From positions 1 to 37,918 of the IMG/VR virus record IMGVR_UViG_3300010148_000038: 37,918 nt of DNA; one strand, given 5' to 3'. Position 1 is the first letter of the stretch. Every line of letters starts with the position of its first letter. Source of the stretch: a virus. Its lineage: Duplodnaviria; Caudoviricetes. Below the pieces are notes generated by a model. That model searched no databases and was not told the DNA's origin. It was given only the letters and a program-made list of their open reading frames with translations. Shown here piece after piece: positions 23,501 to 28,158 of the stretch. A program made the position numbers and the translations under genes.

Positions 23501-25021
23501 AGAATAGGTTCATTTGTGCATGACCCTGCGGGTATTATGTATAATTTCCGTAATACATCTATGTTTTCACCTTATGGTGGTTCTTACATAATGGAAATGA
23601 GAAATTATATGTCATTTATTACATTAGGAGATTGGGGTTCATTAGTACCGACTCACGGATTAGCACTTTGGCTTAGAGCCGATAGTTTAGATTTAAATGA
23701 CGGTGATAGTATTGCAGAATGGGAAGACCAAAGCGGCGGAGGAAGAGATTTTACACAATCTACTGCTTCAAAGAAACCAACATTTGTAGCCTCCGATGCA
23801 ACATTCAATAGTAGACCATGTTTAAGTTTTGATGGTGGCGACCAACTAACTCTTAATTTTGATGCTAATTTAAACACTAATGAATTTACTCAATTTATAG
23901 TCATGTCTGTGACTAATGACAATGATGATTTCCAAGTAGGTTTTGAAAGTAGAGGTTCTACTCCTGTAGCAAGGTCGGGATATAACATATTTGCTGATAT
24001 GACAGGCGACGGTAGTTCTGCGGGTCATCAATGGGAGTTTTGGGCAGGGCAAGATGGAAGTTATGGTCAAGCAATATCAGCAGTAGGAAGTGCAACTTTA
24101 AATCAACCTAATTTAATAACTATGTTTATTGATGGTGGTAATGGTGCAGGTGGAACTGTGACCGCACAGACATTAAGAATTGATGGTACACAAGTAGCAA
24201 CACTAACTCCTAATTATTACAAATCTACTGCTAATCAACAATGCATAGGTACGATAGGTGCATCTTCTTCACCATTGTTAGGTAAGATTGCTGAAATAAT
24301 ACAATATGGTAGGCATCTTAGTGATAAAGAAATAACTATGGTAGAAGGTTATCTTGCTAATAAATATAACATAACTGTGCCAATTCAAGTAAAATCATCT
24401 AATCCCTATTTCACAGGTTCTTTTAATACAGATGCGAATAAAATAGATGAATCTATATCATTCTTAGTTAGACCAATTAGAGTACTTAATAAACATCAAG
24501 TTAAAATCGGTGAAAGAATGACTTTAAGTTCCTCATCACCTCAATACAGTTCTATTAATGGTAATTATTTTTCTCAAAGTATTGGTGGTAAGTATGGTGT
24601 ATTTGCATACAATATGCCTAATGCGAGAGCATCCGAAGGATATTATATTAGAGCAACTAACCCCGATACTAACCCACCTTATGCACCTATAACTTATAAT
24701 GCAACTGTTGATGGTGTACACCAACAAATATATTCTAGTACTAATGATACATTAACTATATTTAATCCTACAGAAATAAAATATACAGATTCAACATATA
24801 AACTTCCATCATTAAACAATAAAGTAAACAGAATACTAATTAGTGAAAATACTTTACAACACTATAGAGCAGATGCTAACAGAAGAAGAAGTGAAGTTGA
24901 AGGGGAAAATAAAATTACAAGAAAAGACTTTACAGTACAACCAAGATTTAGCCAATCATTACACCCGAAGGGTCATAAAAACGATGTATCTTATAATAAA
25001 GGCGACCATACAGGAGAGTGA
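5588..25021 (+). CDS. Giant virion structural/adhesion protein (6,477 aa) with N- and C-proximal LamG/concanavalin A-like domains
   Basis: An uninterrupted 19,434-nt ORF inside the tail module. N-terminal LamG-like motifs: FAIEAWV, YHVVGAV..ISLFVNGKL, VYVGG..YRGVVESIH, ALYRFEE. Second LamG-like domain at 23642-24373: LALWLRAD..WEDQSG..KPTF..LSFDG..GKIAEIIQY..VEGYLANKY. It is T/S/G/N-rich. Confidence 0.8.
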   Translation: MVAIGRSSHAFFFDGVSDSILIPQGRFTKLGDNHSIGAGMNIVNKTSPSDILSKTGKGKDETTLINSKFDNEFAIEAWVIPDCGGIIVERERQFKLEIGTVDTPGPAKFTVYLDTKNGTKPFVLSTATDVNTRWDGIVFPEQEFSGIHDSYNRYDLTNYNDATNLNFNHRPLYHVVGAVSNKNISLFVNGKLLVSQTKPTDAKMTDSTAHVYVGGKGGDYRGVVESIHFANRFDEQIITPNVPMDNGTTTTALYRFEEPIDVIEETYTITALGSDSASPYAAATDGTTTTLTISATDAQALIERLTGKQYDSTNTTINFTESPYSMGNYATYNNYNNPNTPTVNPIPHTPYNIIINPGAINRNTHKPNNSPPERLRILSINGATGVITVNSIHLDFTLATTGLRGILHSRTKDVDDYFVVVPADLLIDLVTGKPYQPPHFNTQIIDKTGQMILDETINAQHGIVYSSQMATSISHPLNPFAVTWPTTLNEKYQVGHSGRHKFSHIEGHEYMRRYPRPTSMKIDQKISGSADIIEMDYANIAKGIDKLFIKNQLADFYNENSQAPITSIINNANAGTVFTNGLIPSKEEIIAITVDDHKPFMLKGPIPQVLDRSSLNQSERYYHLKPETESRVALLHVPTLKSTHNLAPYVEIHYNAIDLTGDSMQAQSTNPTPMLMVEKTVPKGSLTLTGTTTVLDVIKADIADANKDTTIYSPGGYIELANPVSNMGEYFTETNSLIGDNTGGAEYDIELNFDFTPRKEDFTAGYTPSSDSNAQPATTPQVITSSHNKSTHPSVYHKLCIEPTSVDSITTLTDLGNTQFKMGAETINTATATFDKGGVNQGSPIFEMFDIIDNVYVNTSSVSARIYIQPSKKTRTNQLAKLRNGIEKGKTPNLISLYFLASRTRIRSVKQINDSESNSVITQVTATGIVEEAINETVSLMGSGSPNSHVVQEIEPNAPVVSITLGGPGQGAINTKPTYDPSPLMRLPGSTRRNCVVRAISVCTLDTVKNMSVQPLNNDSEDIRSWGTYAFPKKGRIFLNDGANAEYSGKVAAGFFFDDANAIAERKYISSSGDIFSSFNDWCLGVDLISNQTKGTHSVNEHIFNDIDFSYENLCDDGSTVNDRLFQSIDDVVHDYQLSTQYASTRAMVEIPVFPQQFFDQQADGIFPGPDNSMKVHLDATYTAHTWNPTPVGRRVEEIQPNDREANSAYSENVEGKKYFTSTSITQIVESGNDLKIYVENINVFPNTLGPLDMNNFKNVVSNHRFFIDDDWAYYTNDPITDGYVKIYNKPSTIGNGGYHGFNTEELFEKLVVGCKVSVGVSNPSLKSINSDITTQSSDYENRSPYYHDTANVQTQGGNLDYGLRQYVSAVEFKAGPLSNPHTPRTKTKRASAKIIQGTQLAGQIYALELDDVKHFIDTNYTLDVSGNPVVGTGDLLIIGKVFSATPIEVLYLGTQFNGEFSLNTTNNNTIIVQFGTGVTVPNLQDVEFKLEKVGRSHLALSNIAQITSNEGIVSTFRPTTTNEIWNFVGTTSATSTTTLTISCASATRSAIANTIGLNLRPGDMLYKESGSTIAYVGTVAYVHSRFHTGHATNTTVELAANNAVALAATDKVRIGINSVMANDADAILNKSWCNPYAAGGLRNGDTVWMNMTMNNAHAVEGLFAKSRGVFNEAQVYKAFNGGEGQLTNRPRDSIPLENFLIGDSCLETAINFVQHVNKTIELNYEAMGLSASQAPTIAYIDPYLASDGHTRVLLYDVAHDREFISFHDIHMQVQTSPSTPVIGHTRNLATKDGYYQLDNVLTQINGGAPHYLTTQIDVANGFPSENRYIRSTQQSKFIESAYSHNIANQTSNDLYPIGSVVNGVITGNPVNDFIMENPLKGFSSSPITNIENEHYMGKGHGHVVHSGLYHESVGTNFHIADSVLPRIEPATHSSFYANKKHNELRVNKGDTRILPMVRVLKAHRRAQGYSTFTFKDNSTFFDTPDGTRVISAFLCLKGIRGEELNLINHEESRLQHLPQWSKMDYIRRQTIDFGEVGVKEGVTDIEAAAREIVRMVNQGAAKNGRTHARRPSHQYPGESERMDLTRIGVREDVNNPNKDPASAHVNADFAATGSTHDPAPFWSLEHATATQDRGSHMGYLRAHIGRVIEDINGVEGFTVVIHSTVPGASGRNFCAWLDNSKGQSPYQPQFLVGHGGRFRNFWCQQDETMGENMHPAPMPLNKHGRPFAPITTLREMINSENSIDDVKSNHDYISRLNDDEKARVLSSHVGSGAFSNTIFDESFESQSQSLTLVEGLRIGTKPVGRINFGGLVATGVPGFSPIVGKFGCGVKGDNTFDSLYGSLTHTYGGYIDGAQIKSGKIGTDDLYGFRFTDHRGKSYGIRFVYKKLGDNFTNDNTLIPNSLDNEIGVFFNDRDVSQGGFSLGNHIVGKGDATGQITDTSVLSKVNYKGNRWRGVYAPDSLINASVKWESTTDTLTVKFYSSSIYESAYSGKGLESVEDILGYLGFPKENGIIQINDTFTGTTAKGSLGNTLSYTTRTQENGHLSRTHVFYGIKGSAFTASHTVAGTGTVSTSTGITDTVNAHPNSTGEWAYVLISSRMNWTTLLTDEVMAAATEAAINLVDVNIEEGVSFDCTSMLAADGRTLGEWGVSPDAIKLRAFNPNNDKLIPPSTMFSATRHEDKGIESAHAEYGLYSSFNQGGTITGLSIKTTGGSYFISTGGGENVVASMGAGSSGFFGSSSTDDIGAIDISSVDGGGGVTGVVIVNGGQGFRVGDEIDLVQQPFGSNGNDGCTLVVTSVSGSLGGQIFSTNADNKPLSDADLLLNKQVFCGYVPKTVLQIESKGRGFHANTPTPVLVDSTNSPIDTSVWAKNLKGVDYTRSRGDHIIPCINELSFGANTDIRRKGSIATIQEFLTGSPSGNNSVAGTGFAKNTIYSTGKKGAVLSANNATQAGSGFTTAGVYTVFGGSGKGMKLNLPSNNVPAEIGTASNFTAYKLDFGEGYVVGDALHIENNNTLDVGNPTGSGTAMKFTVASVSSGEGAKIMPTSITPLGGITAATIIDRGKNFVDEDYIRVLPVEDGKEVAMIRVSNISNASISTDFVFTHDQRLHATLVPQSLDDKTQFARFKSVGERGTFYIGKDKSAVFRSDGTNLLPIVQNEEFIKLFDEKSFADTKVMMTRNPNHQINGRRFHGSVDSEPIVYFRGAKDSVDHSVPLYFGGGFTGVTVDINDGTKNDYSTFYTHPYSNGPTGTAGIQNANEISTSFATLDCNALFAFFPGAALVNQNRGSLNSPVFNKNNILSPDVHAGMLEANTNNASWVNSKYSAGVVRQKPTPLVLQFAHPTARYEDYQNAGATTHTGKPNVENKTMYLIYGPGQSIPFSESTSNIGGGTFPTTTQEPHPGTVVTVGNTWSKVPYNMNLPNALTNDANVFAPPTKAFQAARNAYHYAVPSTQAMNWSPPAGVPNKGKLEQRPEHGYHYGEHFNNPRSGKIIEENSSEYLKAHPYKHSAMTYFGIAMSADMTWHMDGGYHPGGHWLDNQVAANPKNHTSNTFVTKWGSTPVHPTAFRVSSKIVIGVSDRGRLTYTYNEVNGNTPTVNEDCIIVDATRCQNGEELATIIGQAINENPGKGALKALGGTFMPSMGNANRQDRYGWAELTFQSYEIDGDDILDGFGIGNFPFNHGEYFGDGTHSHINAGDLIVSVTASISGNAQSVLEQLPACGWIRTDAGGRDFFAAGGGTMGQVPAFAPYHSREVYLHSAGNYRVRFYLAPNRISGLPFFEDGYSFYNKCQSASGISFPPITTAAKISLVGNVAVTVNGSGTKNIVHTEKIFVWSKAGVHRFNNENEATRDHMTQVHFSGLVDAIDRTRPVGAVGWAGERYSYLNSLEVETVSGTKLYAAGLGAWYQKLGFSPYGSSNSCMGGLGHFPHIRPMPHSPEASPRINGRANNASTSIQVPYEWNMGLGTNDSWYTNYIYNNTEGSPYGRFLNQDSTSLITEKAESDDNTLDALNSFEGVYSRAFLVVSYESELPLVAKYDRDGITGTGDWLSVVSATKAGTAAATAITYAGTTRWDERIHGYDRFTAPANAGPHVEALITPHLKIPLETDSFPTYGVHDELPALAQTWSDSVTGSLQNNSVEVLIDRANQGIIFAGMYVIHANLPADTKVVRVDADDEIVYISNQATATVNNTQITFMVLGDNRVSNATPCLNPTGDLIQDIDISPASLNLDLLEGLKNHTKSKFSTNHRETSFDIYAQDDSWVGDTNAFAMARNSPSKNFTVENIVWKRMDGGNLSLPSVNKRGLGAVPTITRVKNNVPYTTGETIFGNNRFTFETTNSAMFPIIQAQELMHPQMATKNPDELRNVLIIPNEEIQFKSISVEDDTGQIHTVEGGSPFGTIIRGFRKISDRISEGLAPAVAANDGHDDTPTQDMKYYGVEPNLEIQLPDANSIPGNILVRSGFDRIQAYQHETLGSGGITRPSYQGHNGAGELFDENFAKLGGLSNNINEGPKLGPTYDDYGWEHISQDLHGDIKFPDSTKSGWVNNTKNNPINTSYKPHDRSLYFHITKNNLGSSERLPIQYTHTNGVVENNLTIAMSDGFNLILNSALNYKVWKGVTYDITDTPTNIQKLHNSPFETHSTNFYVNIKNSNLNKSALLLIKPASTTVFTIQEYDDKISALQILFDLTDDEVIGLTVNEVIQITQAKMNVSGPAYDSPNTITINPAYPIPAGTTRIFAARRIRDHAEVSGNSPDANNQLLSHRLVPYGTTASVGTRLPYYEQFAHNNLSPMAMPRMGHHFVNATMAVMPGHWAHPAYQGLYHKHKACTSATLTIKEKALLEDIILNPGDTLSASIKDQLAVYDPLLVISSMTATPSGPSDIHGGAFTLMFESKIKHDGYGVLASHGEAGAINKAGGHTIVLRANARYTFNNHFPDPSIVGAYQIIIQPNVFSSQLMGYHENGPANNMPDGSNVGFTSQQTATVVGIRELDTTTGGMALILANATMADVRGCEIMINEVMLDHDPDAGSQFTNIPPLMTFNPFGVQGTEAPAFTRQSLPYHPQMFVDSTPGMTTNIPWWSIVHPSKPTTITGSTSARGFRFLTHHRLDNYYLFIRANAGSIGAQLTLAGYPSLHPNIYDSVLRNISLNPHCTLVSNTSTVLTVDDASGFPIEPLYGEVLYFIDADGVRRTATWTSRSGFDATNMNKPKLITLTGAQADFTNNLVAGTVIRLSKQNDINRDAVEIFTDSERSMITRTLPQTLQGSRDTNSLHVPDAYICLWSPNLGRPNAKAYEGDEYANTGSSTSTTPVNHMPEHYETIHYHDSTYYASLGPFALHIETPMPPDSTNATERKVASHGTNTIVTNASFTIAGGTKISVDGRIYTVDTTGTTSNGTTITVFENTPTTIKVGSTVMVGGDGSPASSATVATKRDAEGNPYVPQAGTPGSFANRTSIVSAMLNNFWPSGSKGGPLVSRLDGYGYVSASWHLPTQYGYSISSNNNGILWQDLGDDGSYDATTGVSNTDYDTVMATWDSYTAGNQAFPNVRPRPFGYRFGLRQPYNKPQWAMYGMRAYIEAGVTATNALSEYQHGPLVQIDRNNNTWTYAGGKSSPTSGNISDVYTGILERQTNFQGMLNDEIFGTQTRYADGMRMTRPFGCPVRTLRNVSHMAEDELINKLLNPTVRREWWGDSFGKGIYDVATASQYYLVDWWGNTRGEDVRRMPVRGFGIRPAWDAQDAYEHFPNSNLDGSNRPYTPFYHGYKYYNTKNVIDFDTTNMGYLVSSSTSTALAGPQSYQKVPSQVGNYDPLGENRKNMLVDFFFPYHANRVGSAGNGRGVRYPTSFSDGSFSKLDLFNTQNNKGLVLSHNTAEPNLGEGYIRANNNIMGTDEVPRGISNRLNISEDGLLKPEATVSDRDIGGVEADYTVYDMISRSSPKIGLDGENIHGIDKNNIVINSVAYSLHTDRNVGQRGILSHTSRIGSFVHDPAGIMYNFRNTSMFSPYGGSYIMEMRNYMSFITLGDWGSLVPTHGLALWLRADSLDLNDGDSIAEWEDQSGGGRDFTQSTASKKPTFVASDATFNSRPCLSFDGGDQLTLNFDANLNTNEFTQFIVMSVTNDNDDFQVGFESRGSTPVARSGYNIFADMTGDGSSAGHQWEFWAGQDGSYGQAISAVGSATLNQPNLITMFIDGGNGAGGTVTAQTLRIDGTQVATLTPNYYKSTANQQCIGTIGASSSPLLGKIAEIIQYGRHLSDKEITMVEGYLANKYNITVPIQVKSSNPYFTGSFNTDANKIDESISFLVRPIRVLNKHQVKIGERMTLSSSSPQYSSINGNYFSQSIGGKYGVFAYNMPNARASEGYYIRATNPDTNPPYAPITYNATVDGVHQQIYSSTNDTLTIFNPTEIKYTDSTYKLPSLNNKVNRILISENTLQHYRADANRRRSEVEGENKITRKDFTVQPRFSQSLHPKGHKNDVSYNKGDHTGE

Positions 25022-25025
25022 TTAG

Positions 25026-26420
25026 ATGGGGCGTTTAATTAAAAATACTAATGATGGTAGAGCCGAAACATTCTCTACTATTTTGAATCGTGTACGCAAA
25101 CCGTCATTCGTAGATAACGGAGTATATATTGGACAAGTGAGTAAAAATAATGATAATCAAGTCATACCTTTCAAAATAGAGTATGAAGGGAATTTTTCAT
25201 TTCAAATTATGCCGGACACTACATATTCAATAATTGAAGGAGAATCATATTTACAAATAAATCACAAAAGTACAGATGGACATACAAGTACTTTAGTACC
25301 ATTCTTTAACGATGAAATTATTTCTAACTCTAATAAACCTAAATTATTGTACAATGCTAACAATCCATCACAAAGATTAATCCCTTCAACTATAGATGGT
25401 AATATAATTAATTTACCAAACATGAAAAATAAATCTTTAACAGACATTGGATTCACAGATAAAGAAATTAGATTAGGGCAAATGATAGATGTAGGACTTA
25501 GAACTACTGATACGGCTATTAGAATAGGAGAGAGTATTACTAATAGCAGTTTGACAAGTGTAAATATATCTAAAAATAACATTAAAAATAAAACAGATAG
25601 AAAACATTCTATGCGTTTTGTTGCTAAAGATTTTAACAATGTAAATATCATGACGGCATTAAGATTTTTAGGTAGACATGATACTCGTATGGTTATGCTA
25701 GATAGATTCGGTAATATGTTATATGTACCAATATCATTTAGTGAATCTAATAAAGTGATAGACCCTAATTTAAAAACAGGTTTAAACTCAACTGATAAAA
25801 TAGAAAATATCCCAAACAGAATAACTATCAAAGGTATACCTATCGCACTTAATGATTCTGTAATAGTGACTTTAAATGACACTGAAAGACAAAGCGGTAC
25901 TAATGGTGAAGTTATAGAAGGTGAAACTATATTAGATGCTACTGTAAATAATTCTAATGCAGCAAGAAGAGTTGGTAGACAAATACTCCGTTCTAATAAT
26001 TTAGAAAGCGGTACTATAGTTAGTGAAGGACAAATCAATGTGACAGAATTAAGACCCGGTATGACAGTAGATTACGGGGGTACTCAACATGTCATTACAG
26101 AAATTACTCATTATCCTATAGAAAAGAAATCCGATATAGTATTATTAACTGTTGATACAGGTCTTGAAGGAGTACTACAAGGGATTAATGAAAGTATGAC
26201 TATGGAAGATAATCAAACAAATCCTTCTACTTTTATACAGAATATTAAAGAAAATATATCTATGTTCGGTAGATTACAAGTTAGAACAATAGTAAGAGTC
26301 ACACAAAGAGGGGTTGATACTACGGCTTTTCTTATAGGAGGTGTTAAAGGAAATAACACTAGAGGACTAATAGGGAAGAGTGGTTTACCTATAGGTATGA
26401 ATAAATCACAAGAAGTTTAA
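25026..26420 (+). CDS. Baseplate hub / Tal-like tail-tip protein (464 aa)
   Basis: The pattern ALRFLG..VMLDRFGNMLY..PNRITIKG..AARRVGRQIL..ELRPGMTV..HVITEITH resembles gp27/gpD-like hub proteins. Its position in the tail module fits. Confidence 0.55.
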   Translation: MGRLIKNTNDGRAETFSTILNRVRKPSFVDNGVYIGQVSKNNDNQVIPFKIEYEGNFSFQIMPDTTYSIIEGESYLQINHKSTDGHTSTLVPFFNDEIISNSNKPKLLYNANNPSQRLIPSTIDGNIINLPNMKNKSLTDIGFTDKEIRLGQMIDVGLRTTDTAIRIGESITNSSLTSVNISKNNIKNKTDRKHSMRFVAKDFNNVNIMTALRFLGRHDTRMVMLDRFGNMLYVPISFSESNKVIDPNLKTGLNSTDKIENIPNRITIKGIPIALNDSVIVTLNDTERQSGTNGEVIEGETILDATVNNSNAARRVGRQILRSNNLESGTIVSEGQINVTELRPGMTVDYGGTQHVITEITHYPIEKKSDIVLLTVDTGLEGVLQGINESMTMEDNQTNPSTFIQNIKENISMFGRLQVRTIVRVTQRGVDTTAFLIGGVKGNNTRGLIGKSGLPIGMNKSQEV

Positions 26421-26431
26421 GAGGAATACAC

Positions 26432-26779
26432 ATGGCTATCTCAAATGCTTTAAAAAATACTTTGTTAAATACTATTAAAACAAGTATTACTTCTATGGTA
26501 CTCGGTTTTGATGGTACACCTGCTACAAATGATGACGGTAGTGCTGGTAGACCTGCAATTACTTTAACTCCTATAGTAACCCAAATAGATGAAACAACAC
26601 TACTGATAGAAGCATCGCTACCTATCAATGAAAGTTTTACAGATACGATAAAAGAAGTAGTATTATTAGGTACTAATGCAGTAGGACAGTTTTATTTAAT
26701 AGGTAGATATAATACTAGACCCATAGTAAAAACTACACAGAATGAAGTTAAAGTAGAAATTAGCATAGAGGTGGTATAA
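26432..26779 (+). CDS. Small tail-tip / fibre-attachment protein (115 aa)
   Basis: MVLGFDGT..TIKEVVL..GRYNTRPIVKT..VKVEISIEV resembles tail-collar or fibre-attachment domains. GAGGA lies upstream. Confidence 0.45.
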   Translation: MAISNALKNTLLNTIKTSITSMVLGFDGTPATNDDGSAGRPAITLTPIVTQIDETTLLIEASLPINESFTDTIKEVVLLGTNAVGQFYLIGRYNTRPIVKTTQNEVKVEISIEVV

Positions 26780-27933
26780 TGACAGGAAATCCAATATCGG
26801 GGCATACAAATCATAACATGACACTTAGTGGAACGGCACAACCTGTAGATGGTTTAACCGATGGTGACCATATCACATCTGCCACTCTTACAAATCTCCT
26901 TGAAGGGGTACATGGTAATGGTATCATCTTAGAAGAAGATACCGCTAAAGGTGCGGGTACAAGATTGCAACCGGAGAATTTACCGGGTATATGTGAAAGA
27001 ACAGGTGCTAATACTTTTACTGTTGCAGGTGGTACTGCGATATTAGATGGATTAGTATACACCTTTGCAGGTGGTTTCGGTAATAGTACAACATATACTA
27101 TTACTGCGGCAGATACAGAAGGAAGCAACACCGCTTTAACATCGGGTCAAGAAGCCGTAGTAGTAGTATACTTAGCGGCTGATTCATCAGTAAATCATGT
27201 AAAAATGGAAGTAGGTTCTGCTATTACTACTGGTACTAACAACTACCCTGTGACACCAAGTGCTTTTTTGAACAATCCTTCTTCTACAGATAACGAGCAA
27301 AGTATTGTATTATGTGTTTTAAGAGTAGTATATGACGCAGGTGGTGGAGACTTAAAGGTAAACATATCGGAGATAAATGACAAGCGAGTATTCGTAAGAC
27401 CTACACCTATTTACTTCACTCCTGTAGTAGATGGTGCGGTAGGTGCTACAGATGCCGTGGCTTCCCATGCTGACTTAGATGCTTTCCATTCGGGTAATGC
27501 CGGAGGTAATTTTACCGCATCGAGACTAGGTGGTATGTGGATGGGTCGTGGTAGTCAAATAGGTAGTACTGTAGCGGGAGATAGTACAAAAGATGTACTA
27601 TACTTTAGCGGTACTCATGCGGCGAGATATAGCCGTTCAGTATTCGATAGAGTACTTACAAGTACTGCTACTTCGATAGACCTTACATCTACAGATGCTA
27701 ATGTACTTGTGCTTACACCCGGAGGTACATTTACTATCACTACAAGCGGTTCATTCCCTGCGGGGTATATAATCGAGATAAAGAATACTCATGGTTCTAA
27801 TACAGGTACATTCGCTCTAACTAACTCTACTACATCAGCGATAGGTGATACTGCTGACGCTGACGGTGGGTATGCGAGATTTGTATGTACGGTGAGCCAT
27901 GCCACCGACCCAACCTTTGTTCGTTTACTGTGA
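26779..27933 (+). CDS. Tail fibre-like virion protein (384 aa)
   Basis: FTVAGGTAILDGLVY and IVLCVLRV..ISEINDKRVF resemble fibre N-terminal anchor domains, followed by a T/G/S-rich C-terminal part. It is coupled by TAATG and has SD GAGGTGG. Confidence 0.5.
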   Translation: MTGNPISGHTNHNMTLSGTAQPVDGLTDGDHITSATLTNLLEGVHGNGIILEEDTAKGAGTRLQPENLPGICERTGANTFTVAGGTAILDGLVYTFAGGFGNSTTYTITAADTEGSNTALTSGQEAVVVVYLAADSSVNHVKMEVGSAITTGTNNYPVTPSAFLNNPSSTDNEQSIVLCVLRVVYDAGGGDLKVNISEINDKRVFVRPTPIYFTPVVDGAVGATDAVASHADLDAFHSGNAGGNFTASRLGGMWMGRGSQIGSTVAGDSTKDVLYFSGTHAARYSRSVFDRVLTSTATSIDLTSTDANVLVLTPGGTFTITTSGSFPAGYIIEIKNTHGSNTGTFALTNSTTSAIGDTADADGGYARFVCTVSHATDPTFVRLL

Positions 27934-27991
27934 ATAGGGCTAATCAAAAAATAGTAGTAAAAATTATTCTCATAATACTTTCACTGTTATT
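27934..27991. terminator. Convergent intergenic gap with oligo-T tracts; candidate archaeal intrinsic terminator(s)
   Basis: A 58-nt AT-rich gap between converging gene blocks. The - strand reads T5 (27959-27963) and T6 (27946-27951). The + strand has TTATTTTATTT near 27987-27997. Confidence 0.4.
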
Positions 27992-28156
27992 TTATTTCAT
28001 AGCCGAGTCTTGCCAAAAGTGACCGCATTCTTTACATTGAAGTAAAGTGAAACGCTCACGCTCACCATCAAGATAACGAGCAGTGATTCTTCTTGCTATG
28101 TGTTTATGGCTACAAGCCCTACACTTCACTTTAAGCCTATCAATCAAGCGACCCAT
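27992..28156 (-). CDS. 54-aa zinc-ribbon protein resembling the TFIIS/TFS C-terminal domain (missing from the ORF track)
   Basis: My translation: MGRLIDRLKVKCRACSHKHIARRITARYLDGERERFTLLQCKECGHFWQDSAMK*, giving CxxC-x25-CxxC-GHxW. It starts 2 nt after the chaperonin stop, with GGAG upstream. Confidence 0.75.
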   Translation of the reverse strand: MGRLIDRLKVKCRACSHKHIARRITARYLDGERERFTLLQCKECGHFWQDSAMK

Positions 28157-28158
28157 GC

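Noticed and set aside
5686-24727. Many 60-111 aa antisense ORFs inside the giant gene
   Set aside because: This number is expected by chance opposite a 19-kb ORF, and none shows a motif or a clear SD.
24843-25025. 60-aa alternative-frame ORF at the end of the giant gene (possible frameshift extension)
   Set aside because: It ends only 4 nt after the main stop and I saw no convincing slippery site.
25262-26038. 258-aa antisense ORF over the hub-like gene
   Set aside because: It is a codon-register shadow with an S/L/I-rich translation and runs against the operon direction.
5588-27933. Diversity-generating retroelement acting on the adhesion genes
   Set aside because: I saw no reverse transcriptase and no near-identical repeat pair differing at adenines in this window.
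128-27933. Contractile injection system or gene transfer agent
   Set aside because: No sheath or wedge genes were recognised, and the adjacent full replication block fits an autonomous virus.
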